From the NCBI GenBank assembly GCA_951406725.2, contig OX597819.1, positions 9,610,001 through 9,674,000 of the forward strand: a stretch of 64,000 bases of DNA, given 5' to 3'. Shown here in pieces: positions 56,527-64,000 of this stretch (the stretch's first letter is position 1; the number at the start of each line of letters is the position of its first letter). Source of the DNA: Octopus vulgaris (taxonomy: Eukaryota). Under the pieces are notes generated by a model that saw only the letters and a list, made by a program, of their open reading frames with translations, was not told the DNA's origin and ran no database searches. The position numbers and the translations under genes are program-made.

Positions 56527-56587
<61 letters not shown>

Positions 56588-57384
56588 TATGTATGTATGC
56601 ATCAACGCATGTATGTATGAATGTATGCATGTGTACACATACGGATACATAAATATATAAATATACATACATACGTGCATACATACATACATACATATAC
56701 ATACATACATACATACATACATACATACATACATACACACATGCATAAACGTATACACACACATGTACGTGCGCACACATACATGAGTGTGCGATTGTGT
56801 GTGTGCGCATGCGTATGTGTGACTTTTCGCTCTCATCTTCATAAATCTTCATAAATTTTCATACATCCTTTCATCGTGGTGCTTTGTTGCCACGCGTTTA
56901 TAGAAGAAAGAAAGCAAATATGAGAATGATGATATAATTGTTAAAATCATCATAGCTGCATTATAAATTTTTCACTCGTTTACTTCATATTAGTCTTTTA
57001 GTTCATTTCCCATTTACTTGTATCTGTGTTGAGTTTTTAGTTTATAATTTGTTATTCACAAAACTTCCATAGCTAATTATAAAATGCATGCAATTTTAGA
57101 ATGTGAAATAAAGGTTGGGGCATTCACAAATTCTCAAAAGCATATACCTTGCAGTTAGAATTATATTAGGTTATACGTACATAGAGACATACATACATAC
57201 ATACATACATACATACATACATACATACATACATACATGCATGCATGCATGCATACATACATACATACATACATACATACATACATACATACATACATAC
57301 ATACATACATGTATGGGTGTGTGACTGCGTAAATAGATAGACAGGCAGACAGACAGGTAGGCAGGCAGATAGATAGATAGATAG

Positions 57385-57438
<54 letters not shown>

Positions 57439-58624
57439 GTAGCTGTACTATGTATGCATGTATAATGGAACAAAAATGTGTGTATGTATGTATGTACATA
57501 TGTATGTATGCATGTATATATGTATGTATGTATGTATGCATGTATGTATGTATGTATGTATGTATGTATGTCATTATTCAGTTTTATTTCAAGATTTCTT
57601 GTCAATAGAGAAAGAGCCGGTTTCTAATACGGTTCCTTCATTTGAATTCCCTCAAAAATGAACAGGGTATTTTTTGCATGTACATGTATAGATTTGTATG
57701 TGTTGTTTTATATCTGTACTATCATGCATATAGACATGCGCATATATACTTAAATGATAAACCTCTAAAAAGTTTTACATGTATGTATGTATGTATGTAT
57801 TTATGTATGTATGTATGTATGTATATATGTATGCATGTGTGCATGCTTATACGTATGTATGAATTTATGTATGTATGTATGTATGTATGTATGTATGCAT
57901 GTATGTATGTATGTATGTATGTATGTATGTATGTATGTATGTATGTATGTATATATGTATGTATGTATATATGTATGCATGCATGTATGTATGTACGTAT
58001 GTATGTATGTATGTATGTATGTATGTATGTATGTATTGGTTGCCTAATTTCAGTTTATACTTTCTACTTATTCGCCAAAATTATCCAAACCCATTCGTAG
58101 AAGTTAATCATTTCAGTTTCCAGTAACTTCTGTTCTTTTAATTGTATGTATATGGTTCGTGGCGTACACTGGGGTACTTTTTTTCTGTTTTTACGGGTAC
58201 TATCTAACATGCAGAAGAAGCTTGCAAATAACCCCTTGCTAATTGTAACTTTCTTCTTGACGCTAAAACAACACACAACCGCTCTGCAGAAAATTTTTTT
58301 GTTATTTTTGCGTATATTTGCATAAGCTAAACCCATGTGAATATATTTCGTCCATATTTATTTTAACATTTCTCTCCATATGTGATTTATCTCTAGGAGT
58401 GTATATTATATGTGATATATAAATAATAATGTTGCTGTTGTTGTTACTTTTGCTACTCCTGCTGCTTGCTGCTGCTTTTGTCGTTGTCGTCGTGGTCGTG
58501 GTCGTTGTTGTTGTTGTTGTTGTTAGTATTTTTGTTATTCTTATTGATGAGATGAAGTAATGCGAATTACGTCATATATACTTTCGAGTGCTTCTGAATA
58601 CATCAACCTTTAATCTTTAATCCC

Positions 58625-58940
58625 CATTCTAAAATTTTAGTCATAGGCGCAGGAGTGGCTGTGTGGTAAGTAGCTTGCATACGAACGACACGGTTCCGGG
58701 TTCAGTCCCACTGCGTGGCACCTTGCGCAAGTACCTTCTACTATAGCCTCGGGTCGACCAAAGCCTTGTGAGTGGATTTGGTAGACGGAAACTGAAAGAA
58801 GCCCGTCGTATATATGTATATAAGTATATAAGTACTGGGCTTACAAAAGAATAAATCCCGGGGTCGATTTGCTCGATTAAAAGCGGTGCTCCAGCATGGC
58901 CGCAGTCAAACGACTGAAACAATTAAAAGAGTAAAAGAGT
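58625..58940 (+). mobile_element. SINE family A with internal deletion
   Basis: Head and tail intact, middle ~100 bp missing. Confidence 0.85.
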
Positions 58941-58959
58941 ATACGATTATTAATGTGAT

Positions 58960-60165
58960 CTATTGGCAAAATTGTTTGTACATGGGACAAAATATCTTGC
59001 AGGAATTGTTTCCGATCTTTATGGTCTGAGTTCAATTCACGCTGAGATTAACTTCGCCTTCCATTCTTTGGGAGTCGATAAAATAAAATAGGAGTCAAAT
59101 ACTGGGGTTTATAGTGCTGACTAAGCCCTTCCTCTAAAATTGCTGACCGTGTTCTAGATTGGTTTCAAATCTTGTCACAAGGCCAGCACCTTTGGGAGAG
59201 GGTATAAGTCGATTACATCGACTCCAGTTTTTAACTGGTACTCATTTTATCGACCCCGAAAAGATGAAAGGCAAAGTTGACCTCGGCGGAATTTGAACTC
59301 AGAATGTAAAGACGGACGAAATGTTGCTAATTATTTCGCCTGGCATGCTAACGATTCTGCTAGTTCACCGCCTCAAACTGTGTCCTAAATTATAAAACGA
59401 TTATTTATGGCACCGGATTGGCAGAATCGTTAGAGCATCGGAAAAGATGCTCTAGTGGGTATTTGTTCCAACACGTTACGTTCTGAGTTCAAATACTGCC
59501 AAGGTCCAACTTTGCCTTTCATGCTTTCAGAGTCGATAAAATAAGGTACCAAGGAAGTACTGGGTTTGATGTAATCAACAAATCTTCTCCCTCTAAAATT
59601 ACAGGCCTTATCCGAAAATTTGAAACTTATTATAAAAAGGTGACGAGCTGGCAGAATCGATAGCACGCCGGACAAACCGTTCTGGTTTTACGTTCTGAAC
59701 TAATGTTCCGCCGTGGTCGACTTTGCCTTTCATCATTTTGAGGTCGATGAAACAAGCACCAGTAAATGCGCTACAGTCGATTACATCCCCCAAATTTCAG
59801 GCCTTGTGTCTATAGTAAAAAGATGCTTATCATTTGGCAGAATCGCTAGCACACTGCGGATGCTTAGCAGCATTTCGTTACTCTTCATGTTCTAAGTTCA
59901 AAATTCCACCGAGGTCGACCTTTGCCTTTCATCCTCTCGGGGTCGATGATATAAGTAAGTACCAGTTGATTACTAGGGTCGATGTAGTCGACTAATCCCG
60001 TCCCCCAAAATTTCAGGCCAAGTGGATTATTATTATTATTGTTGTTGTTGTTGTTCCTTTCGTCCTTTTGGGGTCGATAAATTAAGTGCTAATCAAGTAC
60101 TGGTCGCGATGTGATCGACTTAACCTCCTCCCCCAAAATTTCAGGCCTTGTACCTATAGAGGAAA
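58960..60165. mobile_element. Cluster of about 6 old SINE family C copies or fragments
   Basis: Repeated gagttcaaat...ctttgcctttcat...gtcgataaa modules. One copy (59165-59375) is antisense. Confidence 0.8.
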
Positions 60166-60207
60166 GGAGTAGTAGTAGTAGTGGTGGTGGTGGTGGTGGT
60201 GGTGGTG

Positions 60208-60252
<45 letters not shown>

Positions 60253-60683
60253 TTGGCCTTTCTTCGCTAGATGTTTTTTAAAGAAAACGTGGTTGTTATT
60301 GTTTTTGCTGTTAACTCGATGTCAAACCTAGTTGAATGCTCATGGACATTCCAACCGTGACCAGTCTGTCTTTTTATAGATATCTCGGCCTAAGTTGTCT
60401 TATGTGTCCTTTTATTAGAAGAGAGGAGTGTAGTTTCACAGAGAGACTCGACTGCTATTTCTTGCAGATCGGGTCACCGTATAAAGGCTACCTTCTTGGT
60501 TTATTTTTGTTGTGAATGTACCACAATAATATTTCGTTTTGGGATTTGGTTTGCAAGATTCTTTATGTGTGTTCGTGTGTTCAAGCATTTTCTATTGTGT
60601 GTGGGGAGAGTCATTCTCTTTTAGTGTCTTATTATTTAAAACACTCACCGGTAAAATTTCCACTTTTTTCTTATTTTTATTTT

Positions 60684-60722
60684 CCTAAAATTTTCGTTGC
60701 GTCTGGCAACCTTTTCAATAGT
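60684..60722 (-). ncRNA. Hammerhead ribozyme candidate, U3-A8 core variant
   Basis: cta TTGAAAA G gttgc-cagac-gcaac GAA AATT T tag, mirrored on the plus strand at 60726-60757. Confidence 0.55.
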
Positions 60723-60811
60723 CTTTTGAAAAGGTTGCATGACGCAACGAAAGTTTTAATAAAAATAAAAATAAGGAATAAGTGGAAATTTTACCGGTGA
60801 GTGTGTTAGAT

Positions 60812-61221
60812 TCTCTTTACTCTTTCTCTTTTACTTGTTTCAGTCATTTGACTGCGGCCATGCTGGAGCACCGCCTTTAATCGAGCAACTCGACCCCGGG
60901 ACTTTTTCGTTTGTAAGCCCAATACTTATTCTATCGGTCTCTTTTGCCGAACCGCTAAGTAACGGGGAACATAAACACACCAGCATCGGTTGCCAAGCAA
61001 TGCAAGGGGGACAAACACAGACACACAAACACACACATGCATATATATACATATATACGATGGGCTTCTTTCAGTTTCCGTCTACCAAATCCACTCACAA
61101 GGCTTTGGTCGGCCCGAGGCTATAGTAGAAGACACTTGCCCAAGGTGCCACGCAGTGGGATTGAACCCGGAACCATGTGGTTGGTAAACAAGCTACTTAC
61201 CACACATCCACTCCTGCGCCT
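60812..61221 (-). mobile_element. SINE family A, full length
   Basis: Similar to other copies. A decayed copy follows at 61312-61636. Confidence 0.9.
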
Positions 61222-61660
61222 ATATGAGGCACAAATTATTATGAGGCACAAAAAGAAAATGACTCTCCCCAGACACAATAGAATGCCACAATAATATTTT
61301 TGATGCTATTTTTTACCTTTTATTTGTTTCAGTTGTTAGGTCATAAAAAAATTTTTTAGTCGATGAATCGACCCCAGGATTTTTTTACACATGTTACTTA
61401 TTCTTTTGCTGAACCACAAAGTTACAAGGACGTAAACACACCAACGCCGGTTGTCAAGCGGTAACGGGGAACAAACACAACGGGCTTCTTTCAGTTTCTG
61501 ACTACTAAATCCACTCAGAAGGTTATGGTCGGTCTGGGGCTACAGCAGATGATACTTGCCCAAGGTGCCGCTCAGCGGGACTGAACCTAAAACCATGTGG
61601 TTGGGAAGCAAGCTTCTTATCACACAGCCACGCCTGTGACTATTATTATTATTATTATTA

Positions 61661-61724
<64 letters not shown>

Positions 61725-61728
<4 letters not shown>

Positions 61729-62045
61729 TAGTTTTATTTTTATAGCGTGCTTTCACTTCACCACCGAGCGCAGCTCTGTGTGCCTTGGGTATGTGCTGTG
61801 ATTTGTTGTGATGCTCTGATGGTTATTGTATGGAAAGTGTTCTGCGTAGGATGTGTGCAGTGCCTAGTAGTGCAATTTTCTGTATGTTATATGTGTTTGT
61901 AAGTCCTGGTGTTTTTGTTATGTATTTGTCTGAATATTTTTTTATCATGCCTAATGCACCTACTATGATAGGAATTGTTTCTGTTTTCAGGTTCCACATT
62001 CTAGTTACCTCTATTTCCAGGTCTTTGTATTTTGAGAGTTTCTCC
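61725..62045 (-). mobile_element. R4/Dong-type LINE 3' end between (TTA)n tracts
   Basis: KYKDLEIEVTRMWNLKTETIPIIVGALGMIKKYSDKYITKTPGLTNTYNIQKIALLGTAHILRRTLSIQ*. Confidence 0.85.
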
Positions 62046-62099
62046 TATTATTATTATTATTATTATTATTATTATCATTATTATTATTATTATTATTAT

Positions 62100-62608
62100 T
62101 GAGTGAGAGAGCAGTGCATGCCATCAAAGTGACACTGGGGTAAAAATATACGAAGCCCAGTATACCCATCATGACTACCCGTCTGATAAAGGTACACCAG
62201 GCACATGCATCACAACCATATGTGCGCGACATGGTGATCTCATATCAAGATAAACAGCACATGACCTTGCAGGTGGGGCCCAGTTAGAATTTTCTTCTGG
62301 TCGAGTAGCCCATTCCGCTCAAAAGGTCCCTGAATAAGGATTGTTTAAGGATGTTGAACGAATCACCCATGTTTCCAAAGGTGAACTATCCAAGCCTCCA
62401 AGAATTCCTCTCAACACACGGCTATGATGCTCCCCCGCTACTTCTGCTCGTGATCAGAGATGCACATATCGTCAGCCACTAAGGGACATGCTCAACTGGT
62501 TAAGGTCAAACAACTGACAAGCAAATCTGTGGTATTAAGCAGAATATTTGCTGTAGCCCATCTTTTATACCAAGACAAAATAATGTACATGATAACACTT
62601 CCAATCAG
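62100..62608 (-). mobile_element. ~540-bp (TTA)n-embedded element, copy 2 (slightly truncated)
   Basis: Sister of 12706-13246. Confidence 0.8.
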
Positions 62609-62695
<87 letters not shown>

Positions 62696-62711
62696 CGTTA
62701 TCATTATTATT

Positions 62712-62925
62712 AGGCGAGCTGGCAGAATCGATAGCGCGCCGGGCGAAATGCTTGGGGGTATTTCGTCAGTCGCTACGTTTTGAGTTCAAATTCTGCTCGA
62801 GATTGACTTTGCTTTTCATCCTTTCGGAGTCGATAAATTAAGTACCAGTTAAACATTGGGGTCGATGTAATCGACCAGTCCCTTTCCGCAAAATTTCAGG
62901 CCTTGTAATTTCAGTAGAAGGGATT
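62712..62925 (+). mobile_element. SINE family C, older variant
   Basis: Head ggcgagctggcagaatcg. Confidence 0.8.
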
Positions 62926-63277
62926 ACTATTATTATTATTCATAACAAGAATATAATTACGTTCCATCATCTGGTAAATTGGTAGTGTCAGGTGTTGTAA
63001 ACTATAAATGCTGCCTGCGATGATTGCAGAGGACACAATCATTCATGCATGCATCCTACAGTTTTCTGAAAGTCTTGAAGAAGGGGGTTCTTGGGTTTAA
63101 CCGACGGGGAAAAAAGAAAAACTACATGTAAGTACGTACATGCGTGAGCATGTATTTGTGTAGGCACGTTTGTTTGTACGTGTATACGTGTGGGGGTTTG
63201 TGTGTGTGTGTGTGTGTGTGTGCGTGCGCGCGCGTACATGTGTCTGAGTATTTGTATATATACATGTATATGTATAT

Positions 63278-63686
63278 ACTCTTTTACTCTTTTACTTGTT
63301 TCAGTCATTTGACTGCAGCCATGCTGGAGCACCGCCTTTAGTCGAGCAAATCGACCCCGGGACTTATTCTTTGTAAGCCCAGTACTTATTCTATCGGTCT
63401 CTCTTGCCGAATCGCTAAGTGACGGGGACGTAAACACACCAGCATCGGTTGTCAAGCAATGCTAGGGGGACAAACACAGACACACAAACACACACACACA
63501 TATATATACATATACATATATACAACAGGCTTCTTTCAGTTTCCGTCAACCAAATACACTCACAAGGCTTTGGTCAGCTCGAGGCTATAGCAGAAGACAC
63601 TTGCCCAAGATGCCACGCAGTGGGACCGAACCCGGAACCATGTGGTTGGTAAGCAAGCTATTTACCACACAGCCACTCCTGCGCCT
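63278..63686 (-). mobile_element. SINE family A, full length
   Basis: Similar to other copies. Confidence 0.9.
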
Positions 63687-63907
63687 ATATATATAATCTT
63701 ATCTTATAGCTTGTACATGTTTCAGTCATTTGATTGTGGTCATGCTGGAGCACTCCCTTGAAAGGCTTAGTCGAACGAGTCACCACCTCACCCCCCAATA
63801 CATATTTTTAAGCATTGTACCTATTCTGTCAGTTTCTTAAACCGAAATGCTAAGTCACAGGGGCGCCATGCACAAACACAAAGACACACATAGATGTATA
63901 CATAAAT

Positions 63908-64000
63908 ATCACGTGATCACGTGACCGACCAGACCATCAGATGTTGTTACACATCGCTGGTCACAATGCGTTCGCATTGTTTTAGCCTTCGAATGACGCC
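63908..64000 (-). mobile_element. 3' part of SINE family B (alternative module)
   Basis: Minus strand begins ggcgtcattcgaag, the sequence at which the 18652 copy is cut off. Runs off the window edge. Confidence 0.55.

Larger units (their letters stand above)
60540..61290. mobile_element. Fold-back element with variant HHR; right arm interrupted by a SINE
   Basis: Arms 60641-60718 and 60726-60804. The right arm resumes at about 61235-61287 (atgactctcccca.acacaatagaa). Confidence 0.75.

Noticed and set aside
58960-60165. CRISPR-like or satellite array
   Set aside because: Units are diverged SINE C copies of unequal length and mixed orientation, in eukaryotic DNA with no cas genes.

Overview
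AT-rich, microsatellite-saturated eukaryotic intergenic or intronic DNA. The SINE repertoire and simple-repeat load suggest an octopus/coleoid cephalopod; that is inference from recalled repeat families, not a database hit. I see no convincing host protein-coding gene, and almost all listed ORFs are microsatellite or SINE artefacts. The window holds about 35 tRNA-derived SINE copies or fragments from three families and a 5S rRNA copy fused to a LINE-type tail. DNA transposons include a decayed Tc1 with DD36E spacing, a near-complete DD34D mariner pseudogene, mariner MITE/fragments, non-autonomous Helitrons and a palindromic MITE family. LINE remnants include CR1, RTE and R4/Dong types, plus a decayed Naiad-type Penelope-like (PLE) RT. 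The most striking feature is a set of short elements, many fold-back and most embedded in (TA)n or other microsatellites, several of which carry minimal type I hammerhead-ribozyme (HHR) scaffolds. Across unrelated copies these show compensatory changes at the core 3-8 tertiary pair (C-G, G-C, U-A), covarying helix II, a shared extra purine after A9, and mostly palindromic helix III.
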